A stretch of 18,887 nucleotides of DNA from Candidatus Hodarchaeota archaeon (GTDB lineage Archaea > Asgardarchaeota > Heimdallarchaeia > Hodarchaeales > Hodarchaeaceae), in NCBI GenBank assembly GCA_016840035.1, contig JAEOTC010000234.1, forward strand, positions 1 to 18,887. The letters run 5' to 3'. Shown here piece after piece: positions 1-8,409 of this stretch (positions within the stretch are counted from its first letter, which is position 1; each line of letters begins with the position of its first letter). Made by a program: the position numbers and the translations under genes. Under the pieces are notes generated by a model. It saw nothing but the letters and a program-made list of their open reading frames with translations, ran no database searches and was not told the DNA's origin.

Positions 1-510
1 AAATGCCTCTAAAGTATGAAAAATTCGTAATAGAGACTCTTTCAGGTAGTTTCTGGGTATATTTGTGAATAGCGGACTGGTTTGTTGTATCTCTTCTGCT
101 ATAGCTCCAATCATCTTTCTTAAATTATCACTATAGTCTTTAAATAGTGTCTGATTTGATAATATTGCTTGATTGACCGCTATATGGTACTGATAATTCT
201 CTCGATGAATTCTTAGATGTTTTTGGATCAGATGCTCAATCAATTCAGGTAAATTTTCCTCATTCATGTTGTTGAAGTCTTCTATATCAAAAATTTTGTT
301 AGAAGTATGTTCAAGGGTTCCTTTCATTATTGATGATTTGCCTTCAGGGAAATAACGGTAAATTGTACCGATACTAATCTTGGAAACCTCTGCAATAACA
401 TTCGTTGTGATTTTATCATACCTAACTTCATTAAGGAGTCTGTAAAAAGTTTTGTAGATAGCATCAATTTTTTCTTGCTTATTCCGAGAAAATTTTTTTG
501 GTTTCTCCAT
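1..510 (-). CDS. TetR/AcrR family transcriptional regulator (3' end runs off the window; absent from the ORF track)
   Basis: Manual translation from ATG at 510: MEKPKKFSRNKQEKIDAIYKTFYRLLNEVRYDKITTNVIAEVSKISIGTIYRYFPEGKSSI..., open to position 1. Classic TetR HTH (ITT..IAE...ISIGTIYRYF..K). Confidence 0.9.
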   Translation of the reverse strand, partial: MEKPKKFSRNKQEKIDAIYKTFYRLLNEVRYDKITTNVIAEVSKISIGTIYRYFPEGKSSIMKGTLEHTSNKIFDIEDFNNMNEENLPELIEHLIQKHLRIHRENYQYHIAVNQAILSNQTLFKDYSDNLRKMIGAIAEEIQQTSPLFTNIPRNYLKESLLRIFHTLEAF

Positions 511-546
511 ATTCTCATGAAATCCCTGCCTATAAATTAAACTTTT

Positions 547-567
547 TAACTGAGCAATGCTCAGTTA
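547..567. promoter_or_regulatory. Perfect 10-1-10 inverted repeat, likely TetR operator
   Basis: TAACTGAGCA-A-TGCTCAGTTA lies between the divergent tetR and membrane-protein genes. Confidence 0.75.
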
Positions 568-583
568 TTTTTTAGAAGAGAAA

Positions 584-1297
584 ATGATTACAATGACCAA
601 CCATCTTGCGAAATATAAAGACTGGAGAAGGATGGCCTTTTTTCTAGCAATGATTGGCGTTATACAATTTTTTGTTTTATGTACTATAGCTATGCTCTTT
701 TATCCTGGTGGTACAGAATTAAATCCAAATATAAATGGGTATTCGTTTTTTATGAACGCTTACAGTGATTTAGGCCGTATTTATTCCCCTTCAGGGATAT
801 CAAATACTATTTCTAGGATGCTTTATGTAATAGCTTTGATCTCCATCAATGTACTCTTAATCCCTTTTTACTTATCAATGAATTATTTCTTTAGGGAGAA
901 TAATACTGAACGTATATTCAGTCCTTTGGCAACCATATGTGGAATAATATCAGCTTTGTTTGGTATTGGAACAGCTCTTTTTCCTGTCGACCTATTTCCT
1001 ACCATCCACTTATTTTTTGCACTAATTTTCGGATTATTTTCTTCTCTTATGCTTGGTTTTTATACTATTCCTATCTTGTTACATCAATCTTATCCAAATC
1101 GCTATGGTTATGTTAACATATCGTATGCAGTTTTATTAGCGATTTATATGCTACTTGTATTAATAAATCCTGTTCCAACGACTGAACTAGAATTAATAAT
1201 GATAACAACCGGTCAAAAATTAATTCTTATTTCTGGATTTTTCTGCATATTCATTCTAGCTCTTGGAGCTATAAGAAGGTATAATATCTCTTCTTGA
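584..1297 (+). CDS. Multi-pass membrane protein (DUF998-like)
   Basis: About 6 hydrophobic segments and a YPGG...YSF..N..SDLG motif. Start is probably ATG 584 or 593, since the ATG at 557 lies inside the operator palindrome. Confidence 0.7.
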   Translation: MITMTNHLAKYKDWRRMAFFLAMIGVIQFFVLCTIAMLFYPGGTELNPNINGYSFFMNAYSDLGRIYSPSGISNTISRMLYVIALISINVLLIPFYLSMNYFFRENNTERIFSPLATICGIISALFGIGTALFPVDLFPTIHLFFALIFGLFSSLMLGFYTIPILLHQSYPNRYGYVNISYAVLLAIYMLLVLINPVPTTELELIMITTGQKLILISGFFCIFILALGAIRRYNISS

Positions 1298-1303
1298 AGC
1301 AAA

Positions 1304-1355
1304 GTATATACCATGGTATATACTTTTGTAACCTAAACCAGCCTTTGACGGAGTT
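1304..1355 (+). repeat. Module-boundary repeat R1 (full copy)
   Basis: gtatatac catg gtatatac ttttgtaacc taaaccagcc tttgac ggagtt. 1301-1326 is a perfect 26-bp palindrome, starting just after the stop at 1297. Confidence 0.9.
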
Positions 1356-1669
1356 CGAGAAAAAGTTAGATACAAGGAAGTTGATCAGATGTTATTTTAA
1401 TATAACAAACGAAAAAATTGAGAAAAGAACATTTGTTCCTCAGACCTTAAGATTTTGAAGTTGAACTAATCTATCTTCGAAATATTCTCTTATCTTTTAC
1501 TTCGATGAGGTTGCTTTTCACTCTTCGAAATAAAGGAGAATCTAAACTAATACATTAGATATTTCAGACTTATAACAGGCTTTTTCTCATCGATGTGGGA
1601 ATATACACGAGAATGTATCTTAAGGTGGTAAGATATTTATACCCTAATCCCCTAGTATTCTTGAATGGT

Positions 1670-1939
1670 ATGAAAGGAATAAAAGTGTATATTGATCCAA
1701 GAATTGAAGAAGAATTTCGAAAAACAGCAATGAAAGTATTTGGTTATGGAAAAGGATCTTTGAGTAAAGCAGCAGAGCAAGCTTTCAAGAAATGGATTCA
1801 AGAATATTCGAGTGACCTAGAAACTATTAACATTCCAGAAGATCCAATTCGTGAAATAAGAGGACAACTTGCGGAGATTACTCTCACATCTGTAGAACTT
1901 CAACACGGAGTAAAGGAATATCGCATTGGAAGTCAATAG
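1670..1939 (+). CDS. vapB: Antitoxin (RHH/CopG-like), partner of the downstream PIN toxin
   Basis: MKGIKVYIDPRIEEEFRK...GKGSLSKAAEQAFKKW..., ending in the typical archaeal antitoxin TSVELQH tail. TATA-like tttata at ~1636-1641 supports ATG 1670 over 1595. Confidence 0.75.
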   Translation: MKGIKVYIDPRIEEEFRKTAMKVFGYGKGSLSKAAEQAFKKWIQEYSSDLETINIPEDPIREIRGQLAEITLTSVELQHGVKEYRIGSQ

Positions 1940-1955
1940 TTTGTAGGGAGTAATC

Positions 1956-2357
1956 GTGTTAATTGATACAAATATATTCTTGGAAGTACAACTCAATCAG
2001 CAAAAAGCACAAGAAGCATCGGAAATATTAGAAGCTGTTTCTAAAAATATCATCCAGGCATATGTCACTGATTTTACCATTGATTCAATTGTACTTATTA
2101 TGGAACATTATAACAAATCACCAGCCGAAATAAAACAATTCCTTGTTTCTTTACTTGCTTATGAAGGCCTGGATTTCTATCAACTATCTATTTTCGACAA
2201 AATTAAAGCTACAGAGTATATGAACTCACTACACCTAGATTTTGATGATGCTTGTATGTATCAAGCCATGAGAGCATTAAAAATCACTACGATTGCTTCG
2301 TTTGATACGGATTTTGATAAAATTTCCAGTATCAAACGGTTAGTATCTTTAACTTAG
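1956..2357 (+). CDS. vapC: PIN-domain ribonuclease toxin
   Basis: LIDTNIFLE...LDFDDA...SFDTDFD acidic PIN motifs. Confidence 0.9.
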   Translation: MLIDTNIFLEVQLNQQKAQEASEILEAVSKNIIQAYVTDFTIDSIVLIMEHYNKSPAEIKQFLVSLLAYEGLDFYQLSIFDKIKATEYMNSLHLDFDDACMYQAMRALKITTIASFDTDFDKISSIKRLVSLT

Positions 2358-2407
2358 GTTCTGCCCACTATTCCTCTTCAATGTCCATGACTTCTAATAT
2401 TTAGGGA

Positions 2408-2458
2408 ATATATACCTTGGTATATTTTTTGTAATCTAAACCAGCCTATGAAGACATC
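2408..2458 (+). repeat. Module-boundary repeat R2
   Basis: atatatac cttg gtatattt tttgtaatc taaaccagcc tatgaa gacatc. Confidence 0.85.
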
Positions 2459-3045
2459 GACGGGTGCATACTCATCATTGTTTGCTCTGAATACTTCTTG
2501 AAATTTAGTAGCTGTTTTCTCATCATTATCAAATCTAATCTTGGGACAAAAAAGCTTAGAAGTTTACCAATAACGCCGTTTGGAAACGACCATCTAATTT
2601 TAACCAAGAGTCGAGATTTTTGCGAATTTAACTTATATATCACATAACTCACTAAAAATTGTCCATAGAGATGAGTAAGAAGTGGATTAGACGGAGATGC
2701 AAACGTTATATGTTTGTTAGGAGAATATGCAAGAAGTGGGAATATTGTCATGATTGTTTGTCGTTTTTCTAACTTATGCGCATTTTTAATCAAATAATTA
2801 GGGCTTTTTATACCAAAATTATCTAACCAATCGTAACTATACGGAGCATAATTCATCTGGCATACCCATAAAAAGACAATCTTTGGAGAAGCCTCAATTG
2901 TGACCCCTCTATAATAGCTTATAGCGTTTTTTAACAAATATCTGTCACAAGGGTATGTCATCTTTCGTTCCTTTAAACTTGTACCCCATGTTTCGTTTAC
3001 TGACAAAATTAATTTTTCTCCAGTTCCGGTTATTTGATTTTTCAC
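2446..3045 (-). CDS. SRPBCC/polyketide cyclase-like protein
   Basis: WG....YPCD...RGVTIEASP..VF.W.CQM..APYSYDWLDN.G..SP, ending D.IMMRKQLL. This pattern resembles bacterial SRPBCC-like proteins. Confidence 0.6.
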   Translation of the reverse strand: MKNQITGTGEKLILSVNETWGTSLKERKMTYPCDRYLLKNAISYYRGVTIEASPKIVFLWVCQMNYAPYSYDWLDNFGIKSPNYLIKNAHKLEKRQTIMTIFPLLAYSPNKHITFASPSNPLLTHLYGQFLVSYVIYKLNSQKSRLLVKIRWSFPNGVIGKLLSFFVPRLDLIMMRKQLLNFKKYSEQTMMSMHPSMSS

Positions 3046-3120
3046 TTATCTTTGAGAGTCTGACACCTTTTAAATTTTCAATCTTTTCGGGGATGTTGAT
3101 CTAGTTTCCAAAGTTCTAAT

Positions 3121-3807
3121 TTATGATTCTGTAAGAACCTGTATCCATTCTTCTGCTGTAAAATATGCCTTTGACTCACCTGACATACATCTTCTTCTTA
3201 TAATCTCCAACATACTTGGATAATCTTCTGTTGTATTTCCAGCGTTTACTGTTTCAGTAATTGCAGTATAAAGAAAAAAATCGTGAAAATAGAGAAAATT
3301 AGACAAAAGACTAATCCATTTATATTCTAACGTATAAAATTTAGTATAACCTCTGTAAAATGAAGGAATGAATTCCTTTAGAACCTTAATTGCAGAGGTG
3401 ACAGGTTTTTCCCAAATTAAACTCTATACTACTATTACTATGTCATAAATAAACCAGCCGTAACAACATGAATCAAATAGTATTAGCTTTGTTTTATTAT
3501 GAATATAGTAGTTTCCCCAGTTTAAATCACCATGAACCATTCCATAAGCGTTTTTCGGTTTAGGGAGAGTTGAAATCCAATTTATCAACTGATTATATAC
3601 TCTGATAATGTCTTTGTCTTTTTCATGATCGAGAATGGTGTTATATATTAGAAAAATGTCTTCCTCAAACTCTATTCTGTTAGAAGTTTTATTAGGAACA
3701 AAATCTATTGATAAGCTATGCATTTTAACTAAGATTTCTCCCATTTTTTCCCACAGAGCTTCATTCCATTCTTGACAAAATAATCTGATTAAGAAATAAT
3801 ACTTCAA
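3121..3807 (-). pseudogene. APH/choline kinase/type II homoserine kinase-like phosphotransferase, 5'-truncated, with an internal TAG
   Basis: HGDLNWGN Brenner motif and CCYGWFIYDI. ORFs 3424..3807 and 3121..3306 are in the same frame and separated only by TAG at 3424-3426 (...IVV*SLIWEKP...FYRGY...). The N-lobe is missing and DFD is degraded to LFD. Confidence 0.75.
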
Positions 3808-4020
3808 TCATAAATATACTCAATAATAATAACTTACGGTTTGAGAAGGATTGATAAAGATATTTATTATCTTAGCAAACTATAGACAGATAGAGAGGGA
3901 AGTAGAATTCTTAGATCGTAAATAAAGTTCTGAATTAGAAAAATATAAACAGGAGGAAGAGCTATAAACATCATCCTCTAAAGGTTATACTGACCAATAC
4001 TTTCGAATGGATTTGAGAAA

Positions 4021-4968
4021 ATGAAATCAGAATATGATTTATCGGTTTCAGATGAGGCATTTGGTAAAATAGAGAAGTATATTACTACATCAATTATTGA
4101 AGCAATGAAATTTCACCAAACGGAGGGAGCGCTCGTCATTTATTCGGGACAAGTTGACTCTTATGTCGCCACTAGACTAACGATAGCAGCTATTGGATTA
4201 GAAAAAGTTAATTTGGTGATTCTCTCTGATGTTGATGAAAATAGACGAAAAAGAATTATAGAAGAAGCGTATAGATTATTTAATATTCCAAGTGAGAGAA
4301 TTCATGCATTTAAGATTAAAAAAATCATGAAGAAAATTGACACAATAGAAGAAATTGATCCCTCAATATCATCAAGCTTATCTCACCAGAGGATCCACAA
4401 TATTGGCCACCTGCTTTTAAAATCCCCCTTTGCCCAGAAATTAGTGGAGGAGAAAACTCTGTCGATTGTAGGACCACCAAAATCAGAAAGAGAGAAGTTT
4501 GTGGCTAAAATACTTGCGTATTCAAAGCTAAAAAAACGATTAAAGACCCTATTAGCTTATTTGGTGGCTGAAACAGAGAATTTATTATTAGTGAACAAAA
4601 CGAATAAAACAGAATGGGATTTAGGCTTGCTGACAACGTGGGGGTATGGCCATGTCGGCTCCATTATGCCTTTGGGAAACTTATACAAAACACAAGTAGT
4701 AGAAATAGCAAAAATTCTGCATGTACCAAAAGAATTACTTGATAAGACGTATAGCGACATTATGCCTGGTGTAGAGAATAAATATCAATATTTATTCCAG
4801 TTACCGTTTCATGAGATAGACCAAATTCTATTACGACTGAAAAAAGGTCTTTCTACTGCTGAAATTGTCAAAGAATTACAACGGAAGGAAAAAATTATCC
4901 TGAGAATAGAGTATTTTTACAAAGTCGCTCAGTATATGCTGAATCTGCCCGTGATTCCCTTTTGGTAA
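4021..4968 (+). CDS. NAD+ synthetase (NadE)-like protein with degenerate motifs
   Basis: SGQVDS PP-loop variant, NKTE and PLGNLYKTQV..IA..L.VP, typical of the NH3-dependent NadE fold. Confidence 0.7.
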   Translation: MKSEYDLSVSDEAFGKIEKYITTSIIEAMKFHQTEGALVIYSGQVDSYVATRLTIAAIGLEKVNLVILSDVDENRRKRIIEEAYRLFNIPSERIHAFKIKKIMKKIDTIEEIDPSISSSLSHQRIHNIGHLLLKSPFAQKLVEEKTLSIVGPPKSEREKFVAKILAYSKLKKRLKTLLAYLVAETENLLLVNKTNKTEWDLGLLTTWGYGHVGSIMPLGNLYKTQVVEIAKILHVPKELLDKTYSDIMPGVENKYQYLFQLPFHEIDQILLRLKKGLSTAEIVKELQRKEKIILRIEYFYKVAQYMLNLPVIPFW

Positions 4969-5113
4969 TTAATTTATTATTTCAATCATTTCCAAGTTTG
5001 TCAAAGAACATCGACCTTGTAGTTTTTTGTAAGAATAAATCATTCTATTCCAGCAAAATTGACTGACAACTTTGATTGTTTTTGGTAAAAGAAAAGAAAC
5101 CTCATCTTAGTGT

Positions 5114-5135
5114 TAATCCAGCCTTTGACGGAGTT
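5114..5135 (+). repeat. Module-boundary repeat R3 (right half only)
   Basis: taatccagcctttgacggagtt matches 1334-1355 at 21 of 22 positions, with no GTATATAC arms upstream. Confidence 0.85.
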
Positions 5136-5141
5136 GGGAAA

Positions 5142-5172
5142 TTTTATATATGTTTGAACATACACATAAACA
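5142..5172 (+). promoter_or_regulatory. TATA box and probable antitoxin operator of the second vapBC
   Basis: ttttatata about 25-30 bp before ATG 5172, followed by inverted tgttt...aaaca / atgtt..aacat. Confidence 0.5.
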
Positions 5173-5390
5173 TGGTATCGAAAACAATTACTGTGAAAGA
5201 AGCAGCTTATCAAGCTTTAAAATCATTACAATTGGAAGGGGAATCTTTTTCAGACACAATTTTACGTATTTCTGGACTATTTGGAAATTTAAGAGATTAT
5301 TGGGGAGTTGGTACTAAATCTAAGCGTGAGTATGAAGAAGAACTCGCTGAAATTGAACAAAGACGTCACAATTTTTTCCAAGGACGATAA
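5172..5390 (+). CDS. vapB: Archaeal VapB antitoxin (DUF217-like)
   Basis: MVSKTITVKEAAYQALKSL..EGESFSDTILR signature; ATG at 5172. Confidence 0.85.
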   Translation: MVSKTITVKEAAYQALKSLQLEGESFSDTILRISGLFGNLRDYWGVGTKSKREYEEELAEIEQRRHNFFQGR

Positions 5391-5394
5391 GGTT

Positions 5395-5790
5395 ATGAAG
5401 TTCTTGGACACTTCTTTTTTAATAGATGTAATAAGAAAACATGCTCCAGCTAAAACACTTTTAGATGATTTGGACAAAGAAGGTCCTCACATAACAAATA
5501 CGATTGTAGCTCATGAATTCTTAGTAGGAGCTTTTGGAACAATAAACTCGGAAATGGAACTGAAATTTCGAAATAACCGTCTAAGTGGAATAGTTATTCT
5601 GGACTTTGATCTGGCTGCTGCAAATCGATCTGTTATAATAGAAGCAAACTTACGAGCGAAAGGCGAAATGATTGGGGGAGCTGATATTCTAATTGCTGGT
5701 ACAATGATTTCACGAGGAATTTCAACCATAGTTACAAAGAATACTCGTCATTTTGAGAAAATTCCTCAAATCGCTATCAAAACCCGGTGA
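5395..5790 (+). CDS. vapC: PIN-domain ribonuclease toxin
   Basis: MKFLDTSFLID...E...G..IGGADILIAG...IVTKNTRHF; ATG at 5395, just after the vapB stop. Confidence 0.9.
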   Translation: MKFLDTSFLIDVIRKHAPAKTLLDDLDKEGPHITNTIVAHEFLVGAFGTINSEMELKFRNNRLSGIVILDFDLAAANRSVIIEANLRAKGEMIGGADILIAGTMISRGISTIVTKNTRHFEKIPQIAIKTR

Positions 5791-5817
5791 TTAATGACCA
5801 ACTTTTTCAATTCATGA

Positions 5818-5867
5818 ATCTATAAGAGGATTTACTGTTGTAATCTATACCAACTATGGACGACGTT
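5818..5867 (+). repeat. Module-boundary repeat R4 (degenerate)
   Basis: ...ggatttac tgttgtaatc tataccaact atggac gacgtt aligns with the consensus spacing; the left arms are decayed. Confidence 0.6.
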
Positions 5868-5973
5868 CATCATTCAAATCAATTTTTAAATTTCCCTATT
5901 ATGGACGACAATTTTATATGGTTATATTTCCTTAGATGTAAGCTAGTAATAATACATCAGAATTGATAAAATC

Positions 5974-6369
5974 ATGATTAAGACATTACAGAGTGGGACT
6001 AGAAAGCTTAAGAAAGAAACTTATACCCTTTATCTTGTGTATAAAGACTCCCGAATCTCTTGGTGGAAGCGATTATTTCTCGGTATCGTTATTGGTTATG
6101 CTTTTTGCCCAATTGATCTTGTCCCAGATTTCATTCCTATTTTAGGTTATTTAGACGATTTGATCTTAGTACCTATTGGTATATCTATTGCCCTAAAACT
6201 GATTCCCAAAGAAATCTTTGAAGAATGTCGAGCTAAGGCCAATGAAGAAAAAGAGAAAGATGTACCAATTGGAAAGAAAACAGCTCTTTTAATCATCTTT
6301 ATTTGGATCGTTGGATTAGGCCTTCTTTTTATATGGATTGTTGATTTATTGAAGATAGTATTACAATAA
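5974..6369 (+). CDS. YkvA/DUF1232 family membrane protein
   Basis: YAFCPIDLVPDFIPILGYLDD motif. Confidence 0.9.
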   Translation: MIKTLQSGTRKLKKETYTLYLVYKDSRISWWKRLFLGIVIGYAFCPIDLVPDFIPILGYLDDLILVPIGISIALKLIPKEIFEECRAKANEEKEKDVPIGKKTALLIIFIWIVGLGLLFIWIVDLLKIVLQ

Positions 6370-6430
6370 TTTACATCTTTTAACAGTAGTATTGGTTTTT
6401 GACTCTTCTTCAGATGTTTTTTGAGTGAAG

Positions 6431-6486
6431 GTATATACCTCAGTATATACTCTTGTTATCTAAACCAGCCATACGACATTTGTCGT
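6431..6486 (+). repeat. Module-boundary repeat R5
   Basis: gtatatac ctca gtatatac tcttgttatc taaaccagcc, then a divergent right end containing the hairpin acgaca-tt-tgtcgt. Confidence 0.9.
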
Positions 6487-6551
6487 CATTCACCTGTAGA
6501 TTATTTTCATATCTAGGATATTTATCTTAAACATAAAATTTATTAGTATCT

Positions 6552-6579
6552 GTCTTACAAATTAATCGTTTTGTCTTAC
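6552..6579. promoter_or_regulatory. Candidate NikR operator
   Basis: gtctta-N16-tcttac resembles the NikR operator GTATGA-N16-TCATAC. It is also a tgtcttaca direct repeat (6551, 6572) upstream of the nikR-containing operon. Confidence 0.5.
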
Positions 6580-6614
6580 AGAAGAAAATTCCTCTTCAAT
6601 AAAGGTATATAGAA

Positions 6615-7301
6615 ATGCACATTCCTGACGGTTGGATTGATCCTTTTTTCTTGATAATCACCTGGCTCGTAACGATTGTCATCCTAATGATTAGTATTAG
6701 AAAAATGAAAGATATTAATGAAACTCGATTAACTTACATGGCTGTTCTTGCTGGAACTATTTTTGCTGCTCAAATGTTGAACTTTCCGATTCTGGGTGGT
6801 ACTTCAGGTCATCTTTTAGGAGGTGCTCTAGCTGCATCAATTGTGGGTCCATGGGGTGGGTGTTTAGTCGTTTCTGTGGTATTAGTCATACAAGCTTTTC
6901 TTTTCGCTGATGGGGGAATAATTACTCTCGGAGCTAATATCTTTAACATGGCTATTGTTGGGGTCTTTTTAGCATATTTTATTTTAAGGATTTTTATGCT
7001 CAATTCCACTCCTAAGGATCGATATCGATATTATGGAGGAGTATTCCTGGGTTCCTTCCTCTCTGTGATAGTCGCTTCCGTTTTTGCGGCGATAGAAATT
7101 GGAATTCCTGTAATAAATAATATTTCACAAGTAAAATTCTTTGATTCCATTTTCATCATTTTGTTTTATCATCTTCTTATTGGTCTTGGTGAGGGAATCA
7201 TTACCGTCATCATTGTGAGATATTTCAATGCTATTCAAATGAATGTATTTCTTGAGATTGATAATCCCTCTTTTTCTTATAATTCTACCAGGAGGAGATA
7301 A
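6615..7301 (+). CDS. cbiM: ECF Ni/Co transporter S component CbiM/NikM
   Basis: N-terminal MHIPDG metal-binding motif; AQMLNFP..GGTSGHLLGG; FADGG...LGAN. Confidence 0.95.
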   Translation: MHIPDGWIDPFFLIITWLVTIVILMISIRKMKDINETRLTYMAVLAGTIFAAQMLNFPILGGTSGHLLGGALAASIVGPWGGCLVVSVVLVIQAFLFADGGIITLGANIFNMAIVGVFLAYFILRIFMLNSTPKDRYRYYGGVFLGSFLSVIVASVFAAIEIGIPVINNISQVKFFDSIFIILFYHLLIGLGEGIITVIIVRYFNAIQMNVFLEIDNPSFSYNSTRRR

Positions 7302-7304
7302 AAA

Positions 7305-7604
7305 ATGGAGAACCGTTCTAAGATTTTAATTGGATCCGTATTTATTATCATCTTACTGCTTATTTTAAGTCCTTTTGCTGATCCTAATCCCGATGGTTTA
7401 GAAAGCGCTGCTGGTGAGGGTAATTACGAAGGTAGTGCGTTTAATTTAGGATTCTTAACTGATTATGGATCTGAAGACTCTTTAATCTATCAATTTGTCC
7501 AGAATGACATGATAGCTACCATTGTTTCTGGTTTAATTGGAATAATTGTTGTTGTTGGCATATTCAGTCTGCCTCTTTTATTCTTACGACTAAAAAAAGA
7601 GTAA
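7305..7604 (+). CDS. PDGLE-domain protein (NikN-type auxiliary subunit)
   Basis: Two TM helices flanking PDGLE; operon position. Confidence 0.9.
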   Translation: MENRSKILIGSVFIIILLLILSPFADPNPDGLESAAGEGNYEGSAFNLGFLTDYGSEDSLIYQFVQNDMIATIVSGLIGIIVVVGIFSLPLLFLRLKKE

Positions 7605-7611
7605 ACATTAA

Positions 7612-8409
7612 ATGATAGTTAAACATCATCACTATATCGATCTAAGAACTCAGAAACAGTTATTTGATACTAGGAGTAAACTAATAGGATTAATTGTCAT
7701 TGTCCTCGGAGGTTCATTGCTTGTTGATCTATTTCAGGTCTCCTGGTATTTTCTTCTTCTTCTTCTCCTCCTCCCTATTTTAAAACCTCGAAGGACATTT
7801 TTAAAACAGATTATCTTTACTCTTCCCTTGATTCTTTCTCTTTCATTAATTTCATTTTTTTCTTTTGATCCTCACTCTTTTAGTAATTTTTTGTACGAAG
7901 CTGTTCATACTAAAACCTCCTTTGCGTTTTTTACTGCTTTTCGTAGTATTATGATTATATCTTTTATCCTAGTAATCGTCAATTCTGAGGAGTCATTTTT
8001 CGAGATTATTTACGGATTGGATGATTTAAAACTACCAGGGTTACTTACAAACCTATTATTTTTGACCTATCACTTTTTCAATCTTATCCAAGAGGAATTT
8101 TCACGAATTTTAGATGCTCGTTCAAATCGAATGTTTAGTGAAAGTTCTATCATGCAATTAGGGTCATTAAAACTTATCGGTAATATTTTAGGAGCCTCTC
8201 TTGCACGATCATTTAAACGGGCTGAATACATATCAGCTTCGTTGTCTGCAAGAGGATTTACAAGTACTAGTACCTTCTCTCATCCTGAAAAACCATGGAC
8301 ACGAAGTGGTGTTTTATTTATTATCTGCATACTAATTATTAGTATTTTTATTGGGATTTATGGGCAGAATTCACTTATTGATTTGGTTTTAGGATTGAAA
8401 ACACAATGA
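7612..8409 (+). CDS. cbiQ: ECF transporter T component CbiQ/NikQ
   Basis: Hydrophobic; D.R.K near the N-terminus; AR..R and RAE....L.ARGF motifs. Confidence 0.9.
   Translation: MIVKHHHYIDLRTQKQLFDTRSKLIGLIVIVLGGSLLVDLFQVSWYFLLLLLLLPILKPRRTFLKQIIFTLPLILSLSLISFFSFDPHSFSNFLYEAVHTKTSFAFFTAFRSIMIISFILVIVNSEESFFEIIYGLDDLKLPGLLTNLLFLTYHFFNLIQEEFSRILDARSNRMFSESSIMQLGSLKLIGNILGASLARSFKRAEYISASLSARGFTSTSTFSHPEKPWTRSGVLFIICILIISIFIGIYGQNSLIDLVLGLKTQ

Noticed and set aside
327-518. 63-aa minus-strand ORF in the track
   Set aside because: Wrong frame; it overlaps the TetR gene starting at 510.
1331-1371. Canonical integron attC or Xer dif site
   Set aside because: The RYYYAAC/GTTRRRY-like pair is seen only in R1, is imperfect and spans only ~41 bp without L-box pairing. 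An 11-6-11 dif-like reading gives poor arm symmetry. No intI or xer gene is in the window.
3450-3459. TAAACCAGCC match to the repeat core
   Set aside because: It lies inside the phosphotransferase frame (encoding GWF) and lacks flanking repeat parts, so it is treated as coincidence.
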